Made by a program: the position numbers and the translations under genes
Part shown: one piece after another, positions 40,901-49,504 of the stretch
How positions within the stretch are numbered: the first letter of the stretch is position 1
How the letters are laid out: each line of letters begins with the position of its first letter
Notes under the pieces: model-generated
Database searches by the model: none
What the model was told of the DNA's origin: nothing
The model's input: only the letters and a program-made list of their open reading frames with translations
Origin: Candidatus Omnitrophota bacterium
Lineage (GTDB): Bacteria > Omnitrophota > Gorgyraeia > Zapsychrales > JANLHA01
Assembly (NCBI GenBank): GCA_029560465.1
Contig: JAKQKX010000090.1
Coordinates: 72,189-136,188, forward strand
Reading direction: 5' to 3'
DNA: 64,000 nt

Positions 40901-41275
40901 TAAATCATGGGCGCGGATCTTCATCGTTTGGCGGGTCGCGGCTCCCGCCCCCCGAAACGGCTCCCAAACGTGGACTTGGGCGCCAGAAGAAACTTTTAAA
41001 AACGTCCGGAATCCCTGCAAAGAAGTTAAACGGTACGCTTTATTGGCCGGAAGGAATTCCAGGATCGCTTTATCTTTGCTTTCAATGCCAAAGCTGGAAA
41101 TGCACTGCCCGCGGTTCACGTAGAACACCCACATCGGAATCCCCCAGAGGCCGGCGATTCCCGGGAAAAAATTGCTGAAAGGTTTGGTTTGGTTATATTG
41201 GCGGATCACAAATTCTTCTTCTGCCGTAAAATGATACGTGGAAGCAGATGTTCTCTGGGTACTCTTTGTTTTCAT
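37988..41275 (-). CDS. Large glycoside phosphorylase, probably GH161 (beta-1,3-glucan phosphorylase)
   Basis: 1095 aa; PMWVFYVNRGQ, SRKHGD.ERDYN, QGNGNYRDVNQNRR, QADGYNPL, WYDALNGLPGL.GSS, WLENESIWLHMEYKY, RLSGSTAE. Family recalled from these motifs. Confidence 0.75.
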   Translation of the reverse strand: MKTKSTQRTSASTYHFTAEEEFVIRQYNQTKPFSNFFPGIAGLWGIPMWVFYVNRGQCISSFGIESKDKAILEFLPANKAYRLTSLQGFRTFLKVSSGAQVHVWEPFRGAGAATRQTMKIRAHDLTIEDVHPGLGLRVTVNYFTVASESYPALVRRVCFENMSRKNMRIECVDGLPLLMPYGMRDWALKNMSRTVEAWVRVNNLKHKAPYYHLNVEVADSPQVQHITEGHFYFCFAEGTPKPVLLDPIVDPAVVFGPNLDYVCPQEFFNRKIFKIPTVQHTSNRTPSAMSYGAFSLPLGRAKTLTALTGYASSEKQLNRIVRQATAPGYVDKKALENKAVVDEVKHYVWMHSASPDLDQYVRQTFLDNVLRGGLPVSLPTAEGSEVFNVYSRKHGDPERDYNYFVLSPSYFSQGNGNYRDVNQNRRTDVWFNRDVKDTHIFTFLNLIQADGYNPLVVKGLSYAVAKPDKLKGVLKTCLKNPGQDIEKLGVFLEQSFQPGQLLKMVVDHDIKLAVAPAAFLGEILSLCQKNELADHGEGFWTDHWTYNLDLIESYLAIYPEMLRSLLWDKKGFSFFLNTHYVLPRGQRFLLTPQGVRQYHAVYNDIKNIDAAAKGYKLRVQDGEGDVYYTNLFAKLLCLVANKAASFDPSGIGIEMEADKPSWYDALNGLPGLLGSSISETLELKRLCLFLENAFDRLLLGEGEPLWVFAELGNFIRELQALFSEEDDPLQLWHRSHDIKEHYRLRIRKGIEGGEHELTVGQIRAFLSAVINRVDRGVALAAPGDELLPTYFYHEVTDYALLDKTHQDWHYVMPVNFRRHTLPLFLEGFVHWLRVESDPDHARTLYRALRRSPLYDKKLKMYKVNADLSRETEEIGRTRIFPPGWLENESIWLHMEYKYCLELLRNGLYEEFYETFRDVLIPFQNPERYGRSHLENSSFIVSSAHPDASLHGQGFVARLSGSTAEFIQMWLWMCAGRQPFYVDNNRELNLELKPVLPAWLFSPKAATKVFGGPGDGQPETLPAHAFAFNLRGHTLTVYHNPKMKSTFGRDPAVARNITLQYYNRKGSVEIEGPVIPAPYAEDVRDNKIRRIDVFLD

Positions 41276-41327
41276 CAGTCCTTTATCTCCTGGCCTGCGG
41301 CCGGACGCCGTTTGTTTTTAAAAAAGG

Positions 41328-42119
41328 CTATTCTGGATTTTTTAATTTCCGAAAAATGTTGTAATACCCGGAAAGTTTAGCCCAAAGGACAAGCGAAGAC
41401 CTGTCTTTGTCGCTAAACCGAATCCGTTTCAATTCATACACGTCCCTATTAAAACGGTCATGCCCGCGGTTGGTGGCAAGGGCGCCTTGATATCCCGACC
41501 GGAGGACCAGGTCTTTGATACGGTCATTGAACCCGCCGACAGGATAACAGAAATAGTCCACCCCCGTGTTCAGGTCGGCCATAAGGATGCGGCGGCTCTC
41601 CCGCACCTCCAAAAACCGCTGGGCATCGTCCAAATCAGGCAGATACGCCTGGGACATGCCGTGACTTCCGAATTGAACACCGGCCCGCTGCATGTCCAAA
41701 ATCTGTCTCGAGGACAGGAACCCTTCCGCGCCGATAAAATCCGGGGACACAAAAATCATTGCGGGGAACCCGTATCTCTTCAGCAGCGGGAACACGTACA
41801 TATAATTATTTTCGTACCCGTCATCAAAGGTCAAAACCACGGATTTTTTCCCGAGCGGACGCCCAGATTTTATTCCTTGGACAAGCGCGTCCAGAGAAAT
41901 GACCCGGTACCCGCGCGTCTTAAGGAATTCCATTTGCCGCAGGAATATCTCCGGGCTGACGGTGTCTGCCTTCCCTGCCGGATTCGGTTCGACGTTATGA
42001 TACATGATGATCGGAACCGTGTAATGACTGTCGAGCCAAAGCCATCCCGCAACAAAGGCCACGGCCAAAACAAAAACCGCAGCGAAACGAAATGTTTTTA
42101 TACGACCCTGTCTTTTCAT
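41328..42119 (-). CDS. Polysaccharide deacetylase (CE4, IcaB-like) with N-terminal anchor
   Basis: PIIMYH, TFDDGY, GSH, FCYPVG. Confidence 0.88.
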   Translation of the reverse strand: MKRQGRIKTFRFAAVFVLAVAFVAGWLWLDSHYTVPIIMYHNVEPNPAGKADTVSPEIFLRQMEFLKTRGYRVISLDALVQGIKSGRPLGKKSVVLTFDDGYENNYMYVFPLLKRYGFPAMIFVSPDFIGAEGFLSSRQILDMQRAGVQFGSHGMSQAYLPDLDDAQRFLEVRESRRILMADLNTGVDYFCYPVGGFNDRIKDLVLRSGYQGALATNRGHDRFNRDVYELKRIRFSDKDRSSLVLWAKLSGYYNIFRKLKNPE

Positions 42120-42129
42120 TCGCCCCCGC

Positions 42130-42579
42130 TCATAACTCCGCTAATTCTTTCTTAACCAGTTCGCTGACCACCCGGTTGTCCGCGCAGTCGCCGACCCGGG
42201 ACAAAACCTCTTTCATCACAAGCCCCATGTCTTTCATCCCCTGGGCCCCCACAGCCTGTATCGCCTCCCGAACAACCGGCCGAAGCTGGGCCTCCCCCAA
42301 CTGCGCAGGTAAATACGCGAGTAAAATGTTCATTTCCTGTGTTTCCCTGTCCGCCAGGTCCGGCCGCCCGCCCTTCTCGTACTGGGCGATGGAATCCCGC
42401 CGCTGTTTCACCTGTTTCTTAATGACCTCCTGGACCTGTTCATCCGTGAGCCGGTCAATCTTTAAGTCAATCTGGACATTCTTCATCTGGGCCCGAAGGA
42501 AGGACAGGGTGGACACCTTCACGGCTTCTTTTTGTTTCATGGCCTGAATATAATCCCGGCTGATCGTGTCTATTAACAT
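42130..42579 (-). CDS. GatB/YqeY domain protein
   Basis: KQRRDSIAQY..GGR.DLA, YLPAQL, KDMGLVMK. Confidence 0.92.
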   Translation of the reverse strand: MLIDTISRDYIQAMKQKEAVKVSTLSFLRAQMKNVQIDLKIDRLTDEQVQEVIKKQVKQRRDSIAQYEKGGRPDLADRETQEMNILLAYLPAQLGEAQLRPVVREAIQAVGAQGMKDMGLVMKEVLSRVGDCADNRVVSELVKKELAEL

Positions 42580-42639
42580 GCGCCCCTCCCGCTCTGTCTA
42601 TAAGGATTTTTCCCGATTCTATTGAACTCGGTGACAAGT

Positions 42640-42858
42640 TTAATTGTCTATCATAATGGTTTTATGCCTTGATTTCAATCCTTTTATAATCCGGACCTGC
42701 CTCTGCGGAACGTTAAAATGCCCGGCCAAAACTCCAATAAGGGCGTCGTTTGCCTTGCCGTCAACCGGGGGCGCCGTAAGATAAACTTTTAACTGATGCT
42801 CCTCTGGTTTAACCAGGTTCTTTTTCGCGCCAGGGATCACTTTAACGTTAACAATCAT
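42640..42858 (-). CDS. DUF167 (YggU) family protein
   Basis: VKVIPGAK, APPVDGKAN, GLKSRHK. Confidence 0.92.
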   Translation of the reverse strand: MIVNVKVIPGAKKNLVKPEEHQLKVYLTAPPVDGKANDALIGVLAGHFNVPQRQVRIIKGLKSRHKTIMIDN

Positions 42859-42896
42859 AGCGTTCACATCTTGAGAGAAGAATTACACGGCAGAAA

Positions 42897-43286
42897 TCAC
42901 GATTCCGGGAGGAGATTGCGGATGCCTTTCAAAAGGTCTCCGATCGTGATAGGTTTCGGAAGGGCTGGATAAGATTGACCTCCGACCGTAAGCTCCATAT
43001 ACTTGTCCCGTTCTTCCCCGGTGACAATGCCGGACAGGAACAAGACCGGGATTTTCCTTTCGATAAAAGGATGTTCGCGGATACGCTGCACCACTTCAGA
43101 CCCATCAATATCCGGGAGCACAATGTCCAACAGGATTAAGTCTGGCTGCTCTTTGACGGCCCGGTCAACGGCCATCTGCCCCGCGGTGGCGGTGAAGACC
43201 TCAAAACCCTCGAGCTTGAGCTTTCTTTCAAGGATCTCCAGGACTTCCGGTTCATCATCAACGATAAGGATTTTTTTCCCCTGCAT
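42897..43286 (-). CDS. Single-domain response regulator
   Basis: ILIVDDE, PDLILLD, LPDIDG, FLSG, KP. Confidence 0.9.
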   Translation of the reverse strand: MQGKKILIVDDEPEVLEILERKLKLEGFEVFTATAGQMAVDRAVKEQPDLILLDIVLPDIDGSEVVQRIREHPFIERKIPVLFLSGIVTGEERDKYMELTVGGQSYPALPKPITIGDLLKGIRNLLPES

Positions 43287-43491
43287 AAATCAGCTCCTTG
43301 ATTTATTTTACATTAAATCATTGTGATGCAAATAGTTATTTAGAAATTCTTATCCGCCCCCCTGCTGAGGGGACAGGGGCCGGCCAACCCGGCGCAAAGG
43401 GGGATCTTTACCGACACACATTTTTTCTTGAAAAACGATCCGCTTGCCGGAGCGGGAAAAAGCAAGGGTCACGGCGGACAACACAACACCA

Positions 43492-44103
43492 TCAAGGCCC
43501 TTTCTGTAATGGCGCCATCCCGCCGCTTAAATCATCGGCGATGCCGCGGACTTCCTCCAGCATTTCCTGGCGTTTCTCATCGGAACAGTTCCCGACGGAT
43601 CCGAAAAAGGTGTGCCCCGCCAGAGTGATGGAACAAAAGCTGAAAATAATTTCCCCGATCGTCTTCTTCATGCTCTCGATCAGGCCGGCCTGTTCGTAAA
43701 TAGCGACCGGAGCCCCGATCGTATTGATCAAATACCCCCTTTTCCCGTTCAATAAACCCTGCGGGCCGGAGGCTGTTTCCCGATAGGCGAAGTTCAAGCT
43801 GAAAACCCGGTCACAATACCCTCGCATAATAGACGTCAGCCCCCCCCACCAGATCGGGCTGATAAAAACAAGCGTGTCCGCCCAGCGGACATACTCCTGT
43901 TCCCGGCGGATATCTTCGGGATAGACGTTCTTTTTAAACCCCTCCAACTCTTCCGCTTTCAACACCGGGTCAAAACGGACCGCATACAAGTCCCGCACGA
44001 TCACGTCCTGCCCCTTCTCTTTTAACCGGTCCCCGAACACTGTCATAATCGCGTGGTTAAAACTGTGCGGATACGGGTGTCCGTAAACAATTAAAAACTT
44101 CAT
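43492..44103 (-). CDS. NAD(P)H dehydrogenase (quinone), flavodoxin_2 family
   Basis: GHP..SFN, RDLY, PIWW, GYCDRVF. Confidence 0.9.
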   Translation of the reverse strand: MKFLIVYGHPYPHSFNHAIMTVFGDRLKEKGQDVIVRDLYAVRFDPVLKAEELEGFKKNVYPEDIRREQEYVRWADTLVFISPIWWGGLTSIMRGYCDRVFSLNFAYRETASGPQGLLNGKRGYLINTIGAPVAIYEQAGLIESMKKTIGEIIFSFCSITLAGHTFFGSVGNCSDEKRQEMLEEVRGIADDLSGGMAPLQKGP

Positions 44104-44142
44104 GTCCTCTCCAATTCAGGCAAGCCCATCACGGCCTGCCGT

Positions 44143-44889
44143 TCATGAAACCACCATCCGGGCCGCGTTGATCTTCAACCATTGGCGATGCTGTTGATAA
44201 TCCGGCAACACGCGTTCCACCCTTTCCCAGAATTTTCTGGAATGATTCGGGACCTCCAGGTGACTCAATTCATGGACAATCACGTAATCAATGACCGCCG
44301 GGGGGAAGAACACCAATTGCCAGTTGAGGTGAATCGCCCGGGTCCGATAATAACAATTGCCCCAGATACGCCGGTGCGTCCGCACAGCGATTTTTTCAGG
44401 GGTCAGCCCGGTTAAACGGGAAAAGTGAAACACCCGACTTCCAAGAATTTCTTCAGCCTCTCGTCGGTACCATTTCATCAGTTGCTGTTTGATAATTTCT
44501 GCCTGCAAAGGGCCGGGAGTGCCTGCGGAAAGGAGCACCCGCCATTGACGCCCGTCAAAATGGATCTCCGACCGTTTTTGATCCCCGGGTTGCACGCACA
44601 GGGGATACTCTGTTCCAAGGAAAAAGAATGTCGCCCCGGCCCGGAAGGCTCTCTGCGGCAAGGAACCGTGGCGATGGCGCATGTCATTCAGCGCGTTAAT
44701 AATCCAGTCTGCTTTTTCAAAAATAAAATTATGAATATCTTTTAAAAGAACAAACCGGGGGGCCGCGACACGGACCTGCAGCCTGTCGGAAACACTAATC
44801 CCGATCGTCCTCCTGCGCGAAGAACGGGACAATGTGTATTCAATGACACCAGCTTTTGTGTCCAAAGTTCGAACCCGTTCCGTTGCCAT
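44143..44889 (-). CDS. YgjP/DUF45 metal-dependent hydrolase
   Basis: WGNC, LNWQL, DYVIVHELSH (HExxH), NHS..FW. Confidence 0.88.
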   Translation of the reverse strand: MATERVRTLDTKAGVIEYTLSRSSRRRTIGISVSDRLQVRVAAPRFVLLKDIHNFIFEKADWIINALNDMRHRHGSLPQRAFRAGATFFFLGTEYPLCVQPGDQKRSEIHFDGRQWRVLLSAGTPGPLQAEIIKQQLMKWYRREAEEILGSRVFHFSRLTGLTPEKIAVRTHRRIWGNCYYRTRAIHLNWQLVFFPPAVIDYVIVHELSHLEVPNHSRKFWERVERVLPDYQQHRQWLKINAARMVVS

Positions 44890-44924
44890 AGCCTCTTTAT
44901 ACCAGTAAGTCAGCCGGCCGTAAA

Positions 44925-45542
44925 CTACAGGGCCCCTTCCCCGGAGACCTGGGCACTTCCCCGAAAAAGATATCCCTTATTCCCTATCAGAGACTGCACC
45001 CGGTCCATCTCTTCCTGAATGGCAAGCTGTTCTGCCTCATCATCAGCGACAAGGACTTTCATCCTTTCCTGGACAGAGCGGATCCGGATTTTCGCTTTTT
45101 CCAGGGTTGCCCGCGCCTCATCCAAAGTCGCCCAAGAAAGAGCCCCTTGCGGCAAGCCCGGACCCGCATTCCCCTCTTTTCCCGGGGCATCCTGGATTTC
45201 TTGTTCTTTGAGTTGAAAAATAGATTGCTGCAGATGGACAAGCCGGTTCATAAGTAAAATTTTATCCCGTAGCTGCAAATTTTCTTCTTTAACCTTGTTC
45301 AGCCAGGTGTCCTGATGCGCCACCGCCTGCTCCAAATCCTTCAATTGACGGATTAACCGTTCGTTTTCAAAAAGAAGGTGTTGATGTTCCAACTGATAAC
45401 CCTGATATTCATCCCGGCTCATCCCCATCATCCCGATCGGCTTACGCAAAGACACCCGATGATGCTGATAGAAGACACCTCCAAGGACACACAAAAAAAA
45501 CAAAGCGGCCGTTCCCAGGGAAATAATGCGTTTGTTGCTCAT
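44925..45542 (-). CDS. Single-TM coiled-coil hypothetical protein
   Basis: Likely start MSNKRIISLG; one TM helix followed by heptad-rich Q/E/L sequence. Confidence 0.65.
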   Translation of the reverse strand: MSNKRIISLGTAALFFLCVLGGVFYQHHRVSLRKPIGMMGMSRDEYQGYQLEHQHLLFENERLIRQLKDLEQAVAHQDTWLNKVKEENLQLRDKILLMNRLVHLQQSIFQLKEQEIQDAPGKEGNAGPGLPQGALSWATLDEARATLEKAKIRIRSVQERMKVLVADDEAEQLAIQEEMDRVQSLIGNKGYLFRGSAQVSGEGAL

Positions 45543-45674
45543 TTCAGGATTTTCTCCTCTTCCGTCCCCTGTTGATTCATCATGCCGCGCTAAATCCTTT
45601 ACGCCGAACACCTGCCAGAAGATATAATTCTGCCAGGACACGACATCCTTTATCCGTCTCCCTAAACAAAAATA

Positions 45675-47159
45675 TTATCGCAAGGAAGACGGGAAAGTGC
45701 GGTCGTAGAAACCTTGATCCCGGGCCTTGTCCCTAAGCCGCCGCATTTGCTCTTTAGCCTGGTTCGCGATGTCCGAATTCCGCGCTGCGGCGCTATCCAG
45801 CATCGCCCTGGTGTCCTGGACAGTATAATTTCTTTGCTGAATACCGGCGGCCGTGGATGACGGGCGCGTGGGTGGCGTGGATGACGGGCGTGCGGATGAC
45901 ATGGATGACGAGCGTGCGGATGGGGCATGGGCCTGCCGGTTATTGTGCTCAACACGGATCCCCCGGGCCCGCCCCGGGAGGCCCTGGCGATTCTCCCGGA
46001 CAATCCTCGCAAGACTGTTCCCCAAATCCCGTTGGCGTTGATACGTATCATCGCTGGCCAGCAAATTCTCCTCTAAACGGCTCAAAAGTTCCGACTGCTT
46101 TTTCTTGATCGCCTCCAGTGGGGCCATATCCGTTTGCCCATCGGCTCCGAGGGACAGCCCCTTGGCATGATTCATCTGCCATTCCAGCATCTTCTGTTTT
46201 TCATCCAACCGCCTTAAATTTAATGCCAAATTTTCCAAGACCACATCGTATTCGAACAGAAGGTCTTTATATAAAATATTAATTTCCTCAACGCCAAGGT
46301 CCGTCACCTCCACCAGTTGAGTGCTTAATTGTTTCAAATCACCCTCGATGCGCTGATTGTGCTGTTCCAAAAATTGTTCACTCGCGGTATAATTCTCCGC
46401 TGCCATATAATATTCTTGGGATAAACTTTTAATAACGCCTTTCAGTTCATTCACGTCAGCGGCCAATTCCTCACCTCCGGCATGAAGAATTTTCTGCGCC
46501 AGCTCTTGCGCCTGTTGCGGATCCGCATTCAGGCATTCCGCCGGATCCGGGTTCTCACAAAACGATTGGAACTGTTCCGGATACCGGTCCTGAATCGTGG
46601 TTAAAATATTTCTTAAATGATTCTTCAGGCGTTGAGCCTCCCCATCAGCCCCTCCTCCTTCCGCCTTGAACAGCTTCCCCATGCTTTCCTCGGCTTTAAG
46701 GAGCTGTTGGGTTCTTTCCGCCGGATCCTCTGTCATATAGGCCTTGGCCATCTGAACCGCCATTTCTTTTAATTCAGGGAATTCTTCCAAAAACTGGGCC
46801 TGTTCTTGTGAAAGGGCTTCAGCATAAGTGCCCGCCTCTCGCAACAACTGATTATTAAGGGAGGAAAGTTCGGCCAAAATCTCCTGCCGCTTCTTGATCA
46901 GGGCGCCTCTTTCTTTATAAAGAGCGTCATAAGTCTCCTGAAGGCGCAGCAAATACTCCTGGATATTAACCGTATCCTCTTCGCCGGTTATCCGGGAGGT
47001 GCGTTCCCGGTCTTGCGCGTATTTGCCGAAACGGACAAAATCAATAAGCTGGCTCACTGGGCCGATCTGCCCCTGATTGGCCAAATGCCGCTCATAAACA
47101 TAAATCCCTGTCGACATAAGAAAAACTAAAACAATAATTATCGTGCGCGCGAATATCAT
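45675..47159 (-). CDS. Membrane-anchored long coiled-coil hypothetical protein
   Basis: Likely start MIFARTIIIV; N-terminal TM helix, long Q/E/L heptad region, S/P/T linker near the C-terminus. Confidence 0.7.
   Translation of the reverse strand: MIFARTIIIVLVFLMSTGIYVYERHLANQGQIGPVSQLIDFVRFGKYAQDRERTSRITGEEDTVNIQEYLLRLQETYDALYKERGALIKKRQEILAELSSLNNQLLREAGTYAEALSQEQAQFLEEFPELKEMAVQMAKAYMTEDPAERTQQLLKAEESMGKLFKAEGGGADGEAQRLKNHLRNILTTIQDRYPEQFQSFCENPDPAECLNADPQQAQELAQKILHAGGEELAADVNELKGVIKSLSQEYYMAAENYTASEQFLEQHNQRIEGDLKQLSTQLVEVTDLGVEEINILYKDLLFEYDVVLENLALNLRRLDEKQKMLEWQMNHAKGLSLGADGQTDMAPLEAIKKKQSELLSRLEENLLASDDTYQRQRDLGNSLARIVRENRQGLPGRARGIRVEHNNRQAHAPSARSSSMSSARPSSTPPTRPSSTAAGIQQRNYTVQDTRAMLDSAAARNSDIANQAKEQMRRLRDKARDQGFYDRTFPSSLR
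45853..45924. repeat. Three imperfect 24-bp tandem repeats (in-frame S/P/T linker)
   Basis: gtggatgacgggcgcgtgggtggc / gtggatgacgggcgtgcggatgac / atggatgacgagcgtgcggatggg. Confidence 0.75.
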
Positions 47160-47331
47160 AATTTCAGAAGCAAAAATTATAAAAATTACGGTTCCCCTAA
47201 AGGGGGCTTTAATAAGGGGCCCTTCACCTTTTGGTTTTATTTTGATAGTTTTCACGACTTTCGTCAAGTCATAAAACCACCAATCATCCATACGCCCCCG
47301 GCTTCCCTGGTGGCGTTTCTTCCCCGTCAGG

Positions 47332-47365
47332 AAAACAAAACCCCCCACTTTCTTGTGGAGGGTTT
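47332..47365 (-). terminator. Rho-independent terminator after the 47412-47858 gene
   Basis: AAACCCTCCAC-AAGAAA-GTGGGGGGTTT followed by TGTTTT. Confidence 0.7.
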
Positions 47366-47411
47366 GAATGACTCAATCCTGGAAGGAAAAGAAATATATG
47401 ATTTCCAAATT

Positions 47412-47858
47412 CTAACGGTTTCTTTGCTGCATATCTCTCAATTTTGCCTGCATATCCTGGATGCGCTGCTGTTGCATCTCATTTTTAGCCCGGACATCCT
47501 GCATCCGGTATTTGATTTCCTGATTTTTCTGTTCCATATCTTTGATCTTTTGTTCCGCCAACTGCTTATTTCTTTCAATCAAATCACGCATCCGCTGTTG
47601 AGACATTTCATTCTTATCCTGCATGTCACGAATCCGCTGTTTCTGGGATTCAATTCTCGCCATTAAATCCTTGATGCGCAACGCGGCATCCTGGCTTTTC
47701 ATCCTGATCACCTGAGTAAAATTTTGCGTATTTGTTGAACTTCCTCCGCTCTCGGTCGTCTTCTTCTCACTCTGCTGCGCGGTCGTTGTCTGCGCCCAAA
47801 CCGGGGTGCTGAAAATGACCCATACCGCAGCTAACATACATACTTTCTGAAGGCTCAT
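47412..47858 (-). CDS. Secreted Q/M/R-rich helical repeat protein
   Basis: Signal peptide ending VWA; about 14-aa repeats xxQR[IM]xD[ML]xx[KR]N. Confidence 0.75.
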   Translation of the reverse strand: MSLQKVCMLAAVWVIFSTPVWAQTTTAQQSEKKTTESGGSSTNTQNFTQVIRMKSQDAALRIKDLMARIESQKQRIRDMQDKNEMSQQRMRDLIERNKQLAEQKIKDMEQKNQEIKYRMQDVRAKNEMQQQRIQDMQAKLRDMQQRNR

Positions 47859-47992
47859 AGGGTTCGCTTCCTTTCAAAATATTCTGCCGTTGCCTGTCTT
47901 ATTGTGCAGTCGTGTTATTATACCCTTCCCGTTTGGTTCTGTCTAATAAAAATGCCCGGGGCTGTCAGCTCAAATTCTGGCTTATATTTTGT

Positions 47993-49504
47993 TTATTCAA
48001 CCGCTTCCAAATCCTGTTGAGAAAAAACATCCGCCGTGAAAATCTCGATCTGAATCTTGGGGTCTTTCCAGGCATCAGGCGGCAATCCGGCTTTATGCGC
48101 GCACAGGTTTGATAAAAACTGCTCCCGGTTCCAACCGGTTTCCGTGGCCACCTGCGGGAGAAAAACCCCCTGATGAAATATTCCCTTGCGCACAATCACG
48201 CCGTGCGTCCCCATTTCAATCTCACGGACATCCCGGCATCGGCGCGGCTGGGATAAAACCGATATCTCTATGTCCAACTGATCCAGTTCCTCCTTTGTCA
48301 CAGCCGGAAAACGGGGGTCCTGGGTGGCGGCCGCGATCGCCATATCCCGGACCGTAAGATACAACGGCCCCCGGGCGACAATATTCCCAATACAGCCACG
48401 CAGGGCTTTGCGTTTATGCAGGGTCACAAACGCCCCTTCTTCCGCCGAAAGGCGCGGGTCAGTCTCCTGAAAACTCATAACGGTCCCGTTAAGGATATGG
48501 TCCTGAATTGTCTTGCGGGCGATCTCAATCAACCGGGCCTTTTGCCCGCGGGTTAACGGGGCGACGCCCTCTGGCGTGCCCGCCTCTTTCTGAAGGTCGT
48601 CCTTTCCCGCTTTCATCGCTCCCCCCGGCTTATAAAACAGGATAGACGTGTACCCCACGACGCGGCCCTTGTCCCCAGACACATCCCCGGAATTGGCGTA
48701 TTTCAACACCTGGGGCTTAAGCCCCCGCTTCCGGGCCAAGAATAACGCGGCGGTCACCGGGTGCGACCCGCACATTTCAAATTCACGGGAGCTCGTTTTT
48801 GTCCAAAAGTCCTCCAACGCCAAATTCTCAATCGCCTGAATCGTCCTTCGATCCTTGTCCCGTGCGGTTCTGTCATCATGATAATGCGACATGTCAGAAC
48901 TCACCACGATCAAAACGTCCTGGCGATCTCCGATCAAGGCATCAAGGCTGTCGGCGAAGGACTCGCAAAGGTCCTTACCGGGCTGCCCAAAAATCACGGG
49001 AACGATCTTAAAATCCTTAAATGTTTTTTGCAGAAACGGCAGATGAACCTCAAGGGCATGCTCACGGTCAAACGCCTGCGGGGCATTGATAAAGGCTTCA
49101 TTTTTCTCAAGCAATTTGGCGGCAAACTCACTGTCAACCGGAATATCGCCTAACGGGGTGGTGAAGGCCCCCTCCTTCCAGATGGACACTCCGTCAAAAG
49201 GATAATGATGGCTGGGAGAGATGACAACAATTGTGCGGTATGCCTTGTGGCTCAAAGCCTTGTAGCCGTAAGCGGCCACGCCTCCGGAATACACATAACC
49301 AGCGTGAGGAGCGATCAGGATAAGCGCCTCCTTATCCGTCGGGGCGACATCCGCCTCCTTAAAAAACTGGTCAATATCAGCCGCGAGCCGGCCGGGGTTT
49401 GCGCTATAAAACTGGCCGCTGACATTCGGCTGTTTTATATTGTTACCATGAGCTCCGGGAGTCATAAAAAAAAATACCCACAATAATATAATAACGGTTT
49501 TCAT
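47993..49504 (-). CDS. AmmeMemoRadiSam protein B (Memo-like) + protein A (AMMECR1) fusion
   Basis: GQFY, PHAGYVYSG, EHALEV, SSDMSHY, MCG, NSGD...VVGY; then GAFVTL, LRGCIG, DPRF, FLPQVA. Confidence 0.92.
   Translation of the reverse strand: MKTVIILLWVFFFMTPGAHGNNIKQPNVSGQFYSANPGRLAADIDQFFKEADVAPTDKEALILIAPHAGYVYSGGVAAYGYKALSHKAYRTIVVISPSHHYPFDGVSIWKEGAFTTPLGDIPVDSEFAAKLLEKNEAFINAPQAFDREHALEVHLPFLQKTFKDFKIVPVIFGQPGKDLCESFADSLDALIGDRQDVLIVVSSDMSHYHDDRTARDKDRRTIQAIENLALEDFWTKTSSREFEMCGSHPVTAALFLARKRGLKPQVLKYANSGDVSGDKGRVVGYTSILFYKPGGAMKAGKDDLQKEAGTPEGVAPLTRGQKARLIEIARKTIQDHILNGTVMSFQETDPRLSAEEGAFVTLHKRKALRGCIGNIVARGPLYLTVRDMAIAAATQDPRFPAVTKEELDQLDIEISVLSQPRRCRDVREIEMGTHGVIVRKGIFHQGVFLPQVATETGWNREQFLSNLCAHKAGLPPDAWKDPKIQIEIFTADVFSQQDLEAVE

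Noticed and set aside
43350-43470. GC-rich stems with GGCGCAAAG upstream of the response regulator
   Set aside because: Wrong strand for a riboswitch of that gene, and the consensus is incomplete.
45853-45924. 24-bp repeats as a mini-CRISPR
   Set aside because: The repeats are contiguous with no spacers, are in frame within a CDS, and there are no cas genes.
47160-47348. N-terminal 63 aa of the 557-aa ORF
   Set aside because: It runs through a terminator and AT-rich promoter-like DNA; the real start is more likely ATG 47159, just before the TM helix.
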